From Octopus vulgaris (taxonomy: Eukaryota), in contig OX597832.1 in the NCBI GenBank assembly GCA_951406725.2, positions 12,028,001 to 12,092,000 on the forward strand: DNA of 64,000 nucleotides. The letters run 5' to 3'. Shown one piece after another: positions 13,849 to 27,200 of this stretch; the first letter of the stretch is position 1; each line of letters begins with the position of its first letter. A program made the translations under genes and the position numbers. Under the pieces are notes generated by a model. That model did no database searches and was not told the origin of the DNA. It was given only the letters and a program-made list of their open reading frames with translations.

Positions 13849-14390
13849 TAGGTATTCTTAAATAAAATCACTTTTATAGCCATTCATGTACATCCGATGG
13901 AGATTTTTAACATTAAATTTCATTCTGTACAATAACCCCGTTGGAAATTATAAAAATGTTTCGTTTCAAAATGAGCAAAAATTATCTATAATTCATTCTA
14001 TCGGGGGGGGGGTAGAATAAAAGTGCAGAAAATAATAATGAAGTAAAGTTTTATCTTTGCAGCTTAACAGGCGTGCAGGTGATTTCTTTTTTTAAATATT
14101 TGCTTCCTGCTCTTTTTGTTTATAAACATACACGACAACACCGGGATGTTTTCAGATATGAAAGAATATATGCAAAACAAAATATTATAAACGTGAATGT
14201 CTTGAAAGTATCTTGTAAATTGTCTTAGTTTGCGGGCCATGTTAGATGTGCTAGTCTGGATGTCTATCTCGTGCTCAAAATTAACACACCAAATCTAATT
14301 TCTGTACTATAGTTCACTTCGTATATCATGGAGAGCAACTCTTACTTAAAATAGGTTAAGCTATTTATAATCAGTTGATTTCACATGTTA

Positions 14391-14855
14391 ATAGTAGGAG
14401 TAGGAGTAGGAAGAAGAGGTGGAAGAAGAGAAGGAAGAAGAGGAAGTAGAGGAGGAGGAAGTGGAAGACGAAGAGGAGAAGAAGACGACGACGAAGAAGA
14501 AGACGACGACGAAGAAGAAGAAGGAGCGAAGAAGAAGACGACGACGAAGAAGAAGACGACGACGACGAAGAAGGAGACGAAGAGGAAGAAGAAGAAGGAA
14601 AAGAAGAAGAAAAAGAAGAAGAAAACGAAGAAGAAGAAGGAGACGAAGAAGAAGGAAACGAAGAAAAAGAAGACGAAGAAGAAGAAGTAGACGAAGAAGG
14701 AGACGAAGAAGAAGAAGGAGACGTAGAAGAAGAGGACGAAGAAGAAGGAGACGAAGAAGAAGAAGGAGACGAAGAAGAAGAAGACGAAGAAGGAGAAGAA
14801 GAAGGAGACGTAGAAGAAGAAGACGAAGAAGAATAAGAAGACGGCGAAGAAGAAG
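14391..14855. repeat. Degenerate (GAA/GAC/GAG)n trinucleotide array, about 465 bp
   Basis: Directly visible; strongly purine-biased + strand. Confidence 0.95.
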
Positions 14856-15301
14856 TTTATTTTAATTTATCATTTGGACTACCTTTTAATAATAAAGGCC
14901 CAATAATCTTAAGAAACCGAAAATATAATGATTTATAACAACCAAAGTAGTTTTAATAAAGATGGTAATGGATAAATAGGAATTGATGAAAGCTAATATT
15001 TAAAGATTAGTTTAGGTTATTTCACAATTCAATGATTTCGTAGAGGCGAGCACAATTGATTTCGTTTCAAACTTCCTGATAGTTGTAAAGAGTTGGAACT
15101 GGTTGATAATTTAAGATATTTAGTTGATGGATCGTTCTAAGTTGGTGTATTAAAATACATTTTCTCCCTGTATTTTGATGAGATTTTGACAAACGGAAAT
15201 AAAAGTGTCTTCAAGTCTCAAAGCATATTGAATGAAAATAATGGTGAGACAAGGTAAGCGTATCAAATTTGTAGAATAATGACAATATCAAGCAGATCTT
15301 A

Positions 15302-15356
<55 letters not shown>

Positions 15357-15484
15357 TAAAAGAAATAAAACATATGCATATATATAAACATATATGTACA
15401 TATACACGCATATATGAGTACAGGACACCAAAGGGACGTCGAACACATAGAGAAACGAAAACATAGACACAAACCAAAGGAACA

Positions 15485-15537
<53 letters not shown>

Positions 15538-15969
15538 AATATGTCTGGATATCATATCCATCCTTATACTATATATACATGCACACATGTATGTATGTAT
15601 GTGAATGTGTAATGGGAGAGTGGGAGGTAACAAGATAGATGGGCAGATTGACTGATGAATAGATTAATGAGTACGGTGGTATATTCATGAGTGAATGAGT
15701 GTGTGTGTCTATGTTTACTGGAGCATGAGATTATTGAAATCTATGTAAATGCTTTAATACATTTTAATGTGTATGTAAATGAACCACGTTATTCATTAAC
15801 TCTCTGAAATTTTGTTTTATTCAAAATTCAGGTCACAATTTGTTTTCCCTCCATGTATATATGTGAATGTCTGTGTGCGTGAGTGTATGAATGTGTGGGT
15901 ATAACACACAATTAGTATTGCATATGTTACTTTGTACCCAGTTAGCGTTATATACATAAACAGATGGGC

Positions 15970-16280
15970 AAGCTTTTGGAGAACAGTAGGCCCAAACTCT
16001 GACTTGTCAGTATTTAGAAGGTTTTCACAAACAACCCTCACAAATCCATTGAAAGCCCATTGATAATATAACGATATAATCAATCACACCTATACAGCAG
16101 GAAGGAAAAAGAACTAGGTTTGGTGAGACTCTACTGTTTGAAGTAAGAAAATACTGTAGAAGCCTCATGTCAATATGACTAGATTCTGTAAATGTATTTG
16201 ATTACATCTTCCACTCATGGAAAAATTCCTGCTATCTTAGAATGTTGCCGTCCAAATGTTCACAATTTCTTAATACACAA
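15970..16280 (-). mobile_element. Highly decayed LINE reverse-transcriptase remnant (RTE-like)
   Basis: Minus strand gtgattgattatatc (VIDYI) and later actgacaagtcagagtttgggcctactgttctcc, resembling FIIVIDY..LTDLEFADDxxLL. Confidence 0.3.
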
Positions 16281-16629
16281 TACTCATTTTCGGACGCATC
16301 TATTGTGATATAAATATTTCAGTGGCTGTATACTAAAGTGACTGTTTGTGTTTCTTTGGTTTATCTCTTACTTTAATCCCGCTGGAATTTCTTTTATGAA
16401 AATCAACTGTGTATACTTTGGCTCTACAACAGCAAGAGACACTAATAGAGCTCATATATTTTCCTTGAAAATGCTTTTCATCTACTCCTGAAATAGATGA
16501 AACAAAACAAAACAGCTGTATGTAATGATAACATATAGGGATGGAGTGTGTCTAGTATAAATTTTAAATTTCAATAAATGAAAAACTATATCCCAATAAT
16601 CTCCCTCTTTCTCTTGTTACTGAAATCGT

Positions 16630-17720
16630 GTATTACGAATATCTAAGTATGGTTGAAAATGCATTATACGAAGACACTGTTAATAAGGATAGAGTAGCCG
16701 ATTTATTATACCATACTGAAAATACATGGCAGTTAAATTTCTCTCTTACAAAACAAATATCCCACAATAATTTTGCAATGCCCCAACTGATAACAATATT
16801 TTGGACACTTCATAGGTCTATAGTAAAAATATGTCCTGGCGTCACGAAAATTTTGACATCAACTGCAAATATCCGGAAAGAGTGGTGCATTGACAGACTC
16901 TCTCTGAGAAGAAATATAGAAAGAAATTGGCCGCATATCAGTATAAGTAGCCTTCGAATACCCTATGACACTCGCATAACACTTTCTAAATTATACCCGT
17001 GAAAATTACACAAACAGGTAAGATGTTATTCACTTTTGGTGAATAACATCTTACCCGACCATATTAAAGGTGTCAGAAGTCATCCATTTCTTGTTACTCT
17101 CCTTTACGGACCAAGCACCACGGAATTCACATATTTTAGTAACTACATACAATAAAAACAATCTGCTTAGCACAACAATTTTTATGCATAGGTCCTATGT
17201 TTTGGATCTATAAGAAAACTTGAAAAGGGTGACATAATCACACCAAATATAATCTTTCTCCTTTGCTTTACCGTAATCTCGCATCGCATCTTAAAATGTG
17301 TTTTGCAATTCGGCAGCAGGTGATAGATTCGAAATATCTCACGTAAAAACACGTTTTAAATATCCTTAGAGTTCAAAGCTACAAACGCAAATGTCGTTTT
17401 AAGTTATTCTGCTGTAGAAGACATAACACAGCTTAACAGCAGATGCCCCAAAATATCATGGATGCAGTTCCTCCCACAGTGATGTGACAAACTTGAAATA
17501 CCAATGTTCCATGCCATCAGTGGAAATGACTGCCATAAGATAAAATCACCCCGAATAGATACATGCATTCATATCAATACAACATTGTATAAATATTTCT
17601 AGCAAAACATCTACTAAGTTCGAACATAAGAGATCAGAGATAATTCTGAGCCACAGAATATAAAGGTGATCTACAGTCATAAAGATGAGTCGCTCTGTAG
17701 ATATTAACACCTCTACGCAA
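16630..17720 (+). mobile_element. Highly decayed CR1/L2-like LINE remnant
   Basis: ORF 16628-17002 contains ENTWQLNFSLTK, similar to the CR1 RT WxxxWQLxFNxxK motif; downstream extent is uncertain. Confidence 0.35.
17017..17055. repeat. Perfect hairpin, 17-bp arms and 5-nt loop
   Basis: ggtaagatgttattcac-ttttg-gtgaataacatcttacc. Confidence 0.95.
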
Positions 17721-18723
17721 AACAGCGGGGAGGAGAAGATCTACGGATACTTACATCGAAAACTAGACTTCTGCTTCTCTGACCACAAATTCTATTTAAA
17801 TTAATGTTAATAATGTCTAAGCCACAATCTGAAGAAGTTAATATGTTCAAGCTAAGAGTAACCCTAACACGTATTTTACAGCTGCAGTCTCTAAGTATAA
17901 CAAAATTATATATTTTAATATTCGATATGTAATGCTAATTGTGATCGTTTTCCGAATTACACTGATAAGGGTTTTGTCGTCTCTTTTCTGTTTTCTTAGA
18001 AACGAGCTGTCATATTCTAGGAAGTATAATATTCCATAAAAACTGAAGGAATACATACACGCACAAACACCAAAAAAAAAAAAACACTGCTATACACATA
18101 CATATATTTCATTTTTAAAGATATAAATTACAAATACGATTTGAGTTAAATAAAAAAGGCAGGTTTACAAACAATCTTCATATTATCTGTCAGGTTTAAG
18201 ATTTATGATGTCCGAAGTATTTTAGAATAAATATTGGAGCATAAACAATGTACTTTAAACCAAGGTCAGGTTAAATATAATGGGTGAATAAATGTTATTT
18301 GATGAAAGTGTAACGTAGTCACAAAGATAAGTAAATGTGGCAATGTAATGAAAAGATAGATTAAATATACAAATGGTGTTGATGGCATCATGACAGTACA
18401 TAAATTTTCATTAAGCGAAGAAACTGTTTCCAAGATACCAATCATTAAACGTTATATTTACGAATGATATAAGTTAATTCCTATATAATACAATGCACGT
18501 TGGAATTACAATCACAGAGAAAGCAACTCGAGGATTTGTGTAATAAATTGAAGAATCTTTCATGAATATACGTTACAAAATATAGAAGAGTATAATAGGG
18601 AATAATGTGATTATTTAGAAATTGATAACGGACATAGCTATAATCCCTTCAAACTGGATTTTGAAAACACGACGACGATGATAAAATGAATATCCTACTT
18701 TGAAAACATAGTTTCCAAAGTTT

Positions 18724-18950
18724 TTAACACTTTAGCGTTTGAATTACTCTGCCAAAGGTAATTCTTATTATGTATATTGTTTTGAATTAATCATGTATTT
18801 TCTCATAGATTTGAAATTTTGATTATGTTATTATTTATTTTTAGAATGACATTTCAGGTTAGGTGTGATAGGTTAGATCAGGACAGTTTCAACATAAAAC
18901 ATGAGACCTATTTTGGTCAGATATGGCCGATTGAAATGCTGAAGTGTTAA
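18724..18950. mobile_element. piggyBac-type MITE with TTAA flanks
   Basis: TTAA-cactttagcgttt ... aaatgctgaagtg-TTAA: 13-bp imperfect TIRs and TTAA on both sides, about 220 bp, non-coding. Confidence 0.75.
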
Positions 18951-19477
18951 AGATTCTTTGCAATTAAGTGGCAGATTCCTGTTCTAAGTAGTTAACCCTA
19001 GATTATCTCAATTTTGGGTCATTTACTAAAACTAAATCTCGACAGCGAAATGTTGTACAACCTCCCCGTTATGTTTTAACGATTCTGCAAGAGCGCTCGT
19101 TTCACTTAATTAGAAAATTTATATTGTTTTGCTGCTACTATATCGGCCACAGTTTTGTTACCACCTTTCGAAAGATAGAATCACTCAAACCGTTTCTTCG
19201 AATATGAAAACAACTATTCTGAAATAAATCCAATTGTTTCAATTTCATACGATTTTAGCCATGATTAGGGGAAGAAATGATATATATGGAGAAACTATTA
19301 CAGATGAGTTTTAGATATAAATAACAGGTATGTTTTTACTTAAAGAGATCGAGAAAACAACATGACTTTTAACATAGAAATTTGTATTCCTTGTACGCCT
19401 AGAATCATATTACTTACGTTTAAAACTCGCCTGATAGAGTCACACATATACGCGCATACATACATTATCATATACGC

Positions 19478-19513
<36 letters not shown>

Positions 19514-19515
<2 letters not shown>

Positions 19516-19882
19516 CAAATTAATGTACATTAAGACACAAAAGAGGTGACCCTCAACAGGCAGCCTTACATACAAAAAGGAGCTGTCAAAACGACCAAAA
19601 CCATATTTAAGAGCAATTTTGAAGGGAATGAAAACTAAAAAAAAAACTTTACGTTGTTTTTTTTTACAACAATATCTAGATTTCGAACATTAATTAGCAA
19701 ATAAAATAATTTGCTAGGCCAAGTCCTCATCAGTGGCTACGCCAAAATATTAACATACAATTTAGAGACAGACTAACACGTGTCTCATCATTATATATTA
19801 CAACTTCTCAAATTCACCGTGCGGTGTCAATCGGCAGCTAGTGAATAAATGCGGAGGTAACTTCCGAAATTACTAAAACCAT
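19514..19882 (-). mobile_element. (TA)n-embedded insert carrying a hammerhead ribozyme, probable Penelope-like pLTR relic
   Basis: Unique segment of about 370 bp bounded by TA arrays; contains the hammerhead core. Confidence 0.55.
19668..19738 (-). ncRNA. Type I minimal hammerhead ribozyme motif
   Basis: Minus strand: gcca-CUGAUGA-GGAC..UAGCAAAU/AUUUGCUA..GUUC-GAAA-U-CUAG-AUA-uugu; complete core, extended stem II, palindromic loop III, AUA triplet; stem I imperfect. Confidence 0.7.
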
Positions 19883-19952
19883 ATTATATATATATATATA
19901 TATTATATATGCATGTATGTATATATGTATACATATATAAACACATATATAC

Positions 19953-19992
<40 letters not shown>

Positions 19993-20152
19993 GTGTATAT
20001 GTGTATGTGCGCATGCGTGTGTGTATGCGTGCTTACATACACATATATTTATAATACACGTTACTAAACGCTTGTAGGTGCGGTAATTTGTCAAAGAGAT
20101 GTGACTTTGAAGATGTGTGATATGAAAAACACTATACTATATATATATATAT

Positions 20153-20555
20153 AAAGGAATACAAAAAATGGGGAAAGAACGTAAAACATCCAGAAAGTTA
20201 GATGATATTAAAAAAGGGACAACAAAACATCCAAAGAGATGATAGAAAAAAGGACCAAAAGAAAGAAGAAAAGACAAGGCCGGGTCATTCGGAGTTTTCT
20301 TTCCACAGTCGGTCGAGTTCCAGATTATCTTTACAATTTCGTCTGGTTATATTCGAGATTGTTCCAATCTGGCCAATCTCAAGGAAAAACTAAGCAAATA
20401 GCACTAGATTTCTTGGAAGAAAGCAGCGAGTGTATGCGAAAACAAGGACGAACAAAAATGGAGAAATGGTACACAAATACAATTACAAATAATAGGACAT
20501 TAACAAAAGGTGTATTTCGACTAACGCACACGGGCTACAACACATACTCACGCTG
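20153..20555. mobile_element. (TA)n-anchored interspersed repeat, possible Penelope-like pLTR fragment
   Basis: Starts directly at a TA array and is A-rich on the + strand like the other inserts; internal 37-bp-spaced duplication aaaacatcca..gatgata; resembles a recalled octopus repeat. Confidence 0.4.
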
Positions 20556-20589
20556 AAACGCAAACGCATATTTATATATCTAGATATAC

Positions 20590-20722
20590 AACTCGGTTCC
20601 CTGGCGTTTCCGTCTACAAAACTCCGATGGTAGATATTAGTTAAAGCGAAGATTTCTGCATATGTCACCCGGTGGATCGAACTCAGAATTACATCTTTAC
20701 GATGTAAACTTTTCTGACCACT
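20590..20722 (-). mobile_element. Degenerate SINE family C 5' portion
   Basis: gtttccgtctac...gatcgaactcagaattacat...aaacttttctgaccac. Confidence 0.45.
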
Positions 20723-21699
20723 TTACTTAACCAACACACAGTCAGATAAAACTATATTCACGCCCAGAATAAAAGACCACCTAAGAATATAAATATGACT
20801 TGTGAATACCATCGCTCAGATAGAAATATATAATTACACAGTAGCGATAACGATTGCAAGAGAAAAATATGATTCTATATATATTTGGTCAGCATTCAAG
20901 AATTTCAAAATATAAATCTAATACCGGCAAACAGTTCTATCAAATAAACATGTACAGCTCTACATGTTAATATCTCATACTACAGCTAGAGAACAGGTTA
21001 TTACGAGGGTTCATTCTTGATTTGTACAGACGTCATATTCGAATTTGTTATATATGAGTGGCGGATAAAGTGATAATTTGCTAAACCAACAAATCACTAC
21101 CGCAGGAAGATAGCAGAAATTGCAGTAGAAAATTGACCAGGAAGCTAAAGTGAAAAACTGCTTAACCATATCTTACATCATAACTCATTTTTGAAAAGTA
21201 TACAACCCAAAGGGAATACGAGTCATTTGCAAAACTTTCTCAAAGTAAGATACACAGATATGTAGCAGAATTAATAAGACATCTAGCATGAATCTGGTCA
21301 GAAGCGAAGGCTGCGAGCCAATAAGAAAATACTTCGTTAAATATAACTCTGCATAAATCATTTCTTTATCACCTATAGTAAAGATTATATGTAAGAGTGA
21401 ATTGTAAAGGGGCTCCGTTTGCAATCAGTTGGATAAATAACAGATATTGCTGCATTCTCGGTTCAAACTAACTGAAACCTTCAGAATGGAATTATGGTGG
21501 AGGAAATTGCACTGAAACTCTGCAGAAGGATTGCACCTGGTGTGTTTTGATATATAATCTTATCCCGTTCCGTATTTCCAACTTACTCAACAGTGTAGCA
21601 TATGTCACGGAGAGCGCCCTGCATCAGCGAAATAAATCATTATATATGTATTGTTGTTTCGCCAGTTGTTATGGAAATATTTTTTTTTACACTATAACC

Positions 21700-21944
21700 T
21701 ATTTCTTTACTACCCACAAGGGGCTAAACACAGAGAGGACAAAGGACAGACAAACGGATTAAGTCGATTATATCGACCCCAGTGCGTAACAGGTACTTAT
21801 TTAATCGACCCCGAAAGGATGAAAGGCAAAGTCGACCTCGGCGGAATTTGAACTCAGAACGTAGCGGCAGACGAAATATTGCTAAGCATTTCGCCCAGCG
21901 TGCTAACGTTTCTGCCAGCTCGCCGCCTTTTCCAGCTCGCCGCC
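21700..21944 (-). mobile_element. SINE family A with 16-bp TSD and duplicated 5' end
   Basis: TSD tttttacactataacc at 21684-21699 and 21945-21960. Confidence 0.92.
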
Positions 21945-22174
21945 TTTTTACACTATAACCGTGTAGTAAGGAAGCAGGGTAACAATATTATAACAATCCA
22001 ACGAACTCTCCACAAATTATGCACGAACCAACAGAAAATATCCCGACAAAAAACGTCAACTTACTTCTTCCTGCGTTTAACGCCTACTCCCTCTCATCTC
22101 ATTCAAACCGCTTCTATTCATAGTCGTTCGATTTGTCTATTCTCGCAGGGGCCGTCGTGACACTCCTCAAAATA

Positions 22175-22275
22175 TGTATATACATACATACAAATGTACA
22201 TACGTACACACACACATATACACACACATATATATACACACATATACATATATATATACACACACATATATATAT

Positions 22276-22306
<31 letters not shown>

Positions 22307-22397
22307 CATATATATAGATACACACACACATATATATATATATATACACACACACATATATATATATATATATACACACACATATATATATATATTT

Positions 22398-22431
<34 letters not shown>

Positions 22432-22435
22432 TTAT

Positions 22436-22499
<64 letters not shown>
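22175..22499. repeat. Compound (TA)n/(CA)n microsatellite
   Basis: Directly visible. Confidence 0.95.
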
Positions 22500-22503
<4 letters not shown>

Positions 22504-23474
22504 TTGGGTCTGTTTGTCCCAAAACACGAGACACTATCTCATTTATAAGCATAGTTGTTTTGTCCACTTTCAAATTGTAAATGTGGTCATGATAATGATG
22601 ATGATGTTCTGACTAAAGCTAAAGTGCCAAAATTTAATATGCGAAAGGGGTTAAAATGTAGCTGGCGATTGTATGCATCTATATCCACATGAATTTAACA
22701 AACTAGAGTCATGGTGCTATAGATCACTGGAATAGAGTAGTATATTTGATACCATCTATATTAAATTTTATTCATATTAATCTGCGGAGAACAGCTTCTT
22801 CTGCAGGCTTTGAAATAAATTTTCTAGAAGAAAGAAAAGAAATCAGTTATGTACATAAAACCGGTTAATGCATAATTCGCTAAGGAACGAAGAATGCAAT
22901 GATATAGACATGCATATGCATATATACAAACATGCACATATACACACACATACATATTTACACACACATGTAGAGAGAATGAGAACAAGAAAGAGAGAGA
23001 GAGAGTGAGAAAGAGAGAGAAAGAGAGCGAGAGGGAGAGAAGGGGAAACATATCTAAAGTGCACTAAGAGTGCTAGAGTTGGTTTATTCTTTAAATACAT
23101 AACAGGTTTCATAGTTTTCTGATTTTCAAAAATCAAAGTAAGATAGAAGTCGGTAGAGCGATGCCGCAAATGTCCTGCTTCTGAATAGTTTTCGAATATT
23201 CTCTCGTATTTATGGAGAGAGCATGTCTGAAATTAGTGTCTGTTTAGAAAATAATTTGATTTGTAGAAGATGATCACGTGATTAGGCTTTGAGCTTCTTG
23301 TAAGCTACCCTCTACATTTGTGGCCCCGCTCCCCAAAAATTTCGGGCCTTGTCCCAAGAGTAGAAAAGAACACGTTTTGCGCTTAATTTTAAGGCTGACA
23401 TGGCTGAGTGAACAATATGTATATACAATATGTATATACATACATGCATACATACAAATGTACATACGTACACT

Positions 23475-23534
<60 letters not shown>

Positions 23535-23879
23535 TACACACACACACACACACACACATATATATTTACATATATATATAAATTCACACACACACATGTA
23601 GTAGTCTAAAGACTATTTCAAACCTCTCTAAAATTAAACCTGTGACATGGTAGGGTGGATAATAATTGTATTTATGTAGTCCTTAAATTTTATTAGAACC
23701 TCTTTGTTGTCTATGGCTTAGTGTTCGTATCATTTGTTGATGTTATTTCAGTCATGGTGTCTATTTTCTGCTATCATTTTCTCTGTTTATGCCTGTTTGA
23801 AGTGCGATATTACTTAAATAAAAGTAACCCACGCAATATGATTACTTAAACGAAAGGGAGAATCCTATCAGTTTATGCG

Positions 23880-24290
23880 TAGGCGACTTCAAAAGACTCT
23901 ATGCTAACCACTTATCTTCTTTCCGGCACATGGGCAAAATTGAAACCACTAAGTTGGTTAGCCATGTGAAGAATTTGAAGAACAACTCCATGCCTCGTAT
24001 AATCAAGTGGAAAATACGAGAAAAAGGCAAGTCACAAGAGAATGAATAAAATAAAATATAAGTTATGCCTAACTGAACTGTCACGTATCTTGTTTAGATG
24101 TAAGGATTGCACAGCACTGTTGAATTCCATGTCATAAATCTTGGTCAAATGAAAAAGCATTGACAAGTTTCTTTTGGCGAATTGGAGGACACCAACTCCT
24201 CCGGATTGATCAGCTGTATTGTAGACTTAAACTCTGTTGAATGTATACCATCTAGACTTATGATTCTGCGGTAAATGGGACATCTCTTTA
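23880..24290 (-). mobile_element. Decayed LINE RT remnant (I/Jockey-group-like)
   Basis: Minus strand STIQLINPEE...CQCFF/LTKIYDM resembles the RT motif STxDQLxxLE...AVFFDLxKAYD. Confidence 0.4.
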
Positions 24291-27200
24291 ATTCTCAATC
24301 TTGAATTTTTCCTTCTATTTTTCCTTCTTTTATGTGTTACTCTTCCAATTTCTGCACCCCACCTTCATCTCGTTTTTTTTCCCTCATGATTTCTCTTGTT
24401 GTCATGTTCTGTTTTGTACCTTATATAAGCCTTGTGCTTAGAAACTGAAGATCACTTTGAGACGATAGGCGTGTTTTAAAACCCGCGTAAATGACATCTT
24501 CAATGTATGAAACTATAGCTCACAACTATATACTGCGTATATAAAAAAAAATCCATATACATATGTGTTTATATGTGTGTTTGTGTATTTAAACAAAGTA
24601 GTGTAATATATTTCTTCACCCACAGAAAATATAACACTTAAATACAGCAAAGTTTTATTTTTAAGTAGATAGCTTTTAATTCAAACATTTTCTATCAATA
24701 GTTATCGTTTGAAACAGAAATGGTTAAGAAAAAAAATCCAAATGAATTTTTCAGCCATTTTTGTATATATTCTATCTCAGCTAGTGCTTTTTTTTTTCAG
24801 GTTTGATTTATGTAAGTTAATTTAGCTAAATTCATATGAATTATATATGTATGTTCTTGGGGAAAATATATTAAATATTTCCTGAAATAAGATGCTTTTA
24901 AAATATTTTGCTAAAATCTTTTCACTCATTTTCGATTCATTACTATCATGAACGAATATATCCGAAAAAAGATTTGCTATCGTTAGTTTTTACTTCCTAT
25001 GAACGTACTTGTATAAGTAGAAATTTGATTATAACTGAAAAATTGTGAAAGCCTCTTTCGGTATTGAAATATTCTTCTCTACAGTTCAACATTTTCATAT
25101 TCTTGTTGAATGTATCTAAAAGTGTAGCAATGTCTTTCTGTATCCTGTGTAAGAAACTATGTTGTTAGGCTTTCAGTCATTTGCTATTTAATGAAGTCTC
25201 TTTGGAGTATTTTGGATTTAGACTCACTCGTGATATGGAATGGAAATTTCTGGAAATATAGGTTGGGCTAAGTTACCTATGTGTATGTGGATCTATGAAT
25301 ACACAAACGCGTACGCACGCACACACACACACACATATACACACTTATTTGAATGCACGTATGCTTTACAAATGTAATTGTGAATAAAAAGACTTCTCAG
25401 GAAAAGCAGAAAAAACTTTCAAAATTTTCTTCCAGTTTATACCAACTAAAATCGAAACATGTAAGTTTACCGTGGTTCAACAAGTTACAAGAGGTAATTG
25501 TACATCGAATATATATTTTCCCCTTTTTGGCTATTCAAAACAAAAGTCTTTACCAGTATATCTGAATAGAAACACATGAAAAGTTCATATATATGTGTTT
25601 TAAAATTTCTTACATTCACCAACTCTTAGATATATGAGGTATATCTCGCCCCCTGTCTCCCGTGTAGACTTCATACATACGCGCGAATTCGTCCCCTCCA
25701 TCAGTCTCTCTGTCCCACCTGTACTTCGTAAAAATATCTTTGTATGTTTTGTGACAAAATTTTGCAAATACTAAACAATATTTACACCCGAATAATATCA
25801 ACGGCGCTGATATATTAAACGTTGCTAACATCAAATAATTAATATTTTCATTACTAATACAATCAACTCTGTTACAAACACGAAAAATTTGTTAAATTAT
25901 ATTTTTACAAATTAGAATTTCTGATGTTTTGTTTTTATTTTGATAATATATTTGCATATTAAAAATAATCAAATTAGTACTGTTTTCTGTTATTTTTCTG
26001 TATTTACCTATCGATTTCTATTCGAAATATTTTCAGAGTCAATTAATTCAATTGTGGCATATGAATTTTATATATTTGTGCATTTATTTTTATAACTATT
26101 CATATATTTTTGCTATTTCCATCCATAGCAAATAAAGAATCATATATTAAGAATGATCATAATAAACATTTGTAAATTATTCTTCGTATTTAATCTACAC
26201 AGATTAGCAAGTATATACAATTTAAACGCATTGCGATTCATTTGTTATATCTGCGTCCGTCATTTATTATTTTAAGATCAAAATAATTATGAAATCATAA
26301 TTTAAAAATTTTATATTGTCTTTCAATAATATTTACATTAATTATATAAACTATATTTTGTAATCTATAGGCATTCAGCAAAATGGTTTATAGGTATAAC
26401 TTGATAATTCTATACAGAATTCTTTCGGTGTGTTGTGTGCTGTTTATTCCAAACTACGTATGAATACATAACATTCTGATGAAAGAAATATGACGGCATT
26501 TAGTTAGGAGGTTATCATATACTATCGTACATACACCAACCTTATAGCACTGTAGTGAAAACATTTAAACTACCTCCTCCCTAATAACGGAATGTATTTC
26601 TTCTCATTAAACGAATGAATATTGCATATTTGAAGATACGATGTTTGAGTGCAAGAATGAAGCTGTTTAATCCTTGTAATATTGCTGTATATGAAAAACG
26701 TAGCTTTGACATTTCAACTGTTATTCAGAAACTCTATTAATCTAAGCAAATTAAAGTGTCTGATGTTAGCACAAAGCTTTGATATGATTCATTCAAATAC
26801 ACCGCATAACCAAAAATTATTTCATTAAGTCTACCCAATTGTATCACAAGCAAAATGCAACGCCAAATTGATTTGGTCTAGGAACTAATTTCTACTCTTT
26901 TCCAGCCATCGTAACATACACATGAAGCATATGGTCTGCATTTCAGAAATTTCTAAATACTTAAATCTGTTTTTATCTGAAGATAGTTTTGGGGTTAGTT
27001 TTATATATTCGTCTTGTTCAAGTGGTAAATCTAATTGTTCTCAATTGTGCATTAGGAATTAGTGATTAACAAAATGAGACTGGACACACCCACATACATT
27101 TTTTCTATTGCCATTTTCTCACGATATTACAACAATTACAATTATTTATCACCCAGATATAAAGATCATAGGATTCAGTAATGTACCCCAGAGTGGTTTG

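Noticed and set aside
14385-14865. Protamine-like poly-Arg and poly-Lys/Glu ORFs
   Set aside because: Frames of a GAA-type microsatellite with no supporting gene structure.
21000-21560. Possible RTE-type LINE 3' remnant; a similar weak hint lies at 11000-11700
   Set aside because: Only faint motif resemblance; too decayed to support without a profile search.
22500-22655. Possible piggyBac-like end (aaaggggttaa)
   Set aside because: No matching opposite TIR found.
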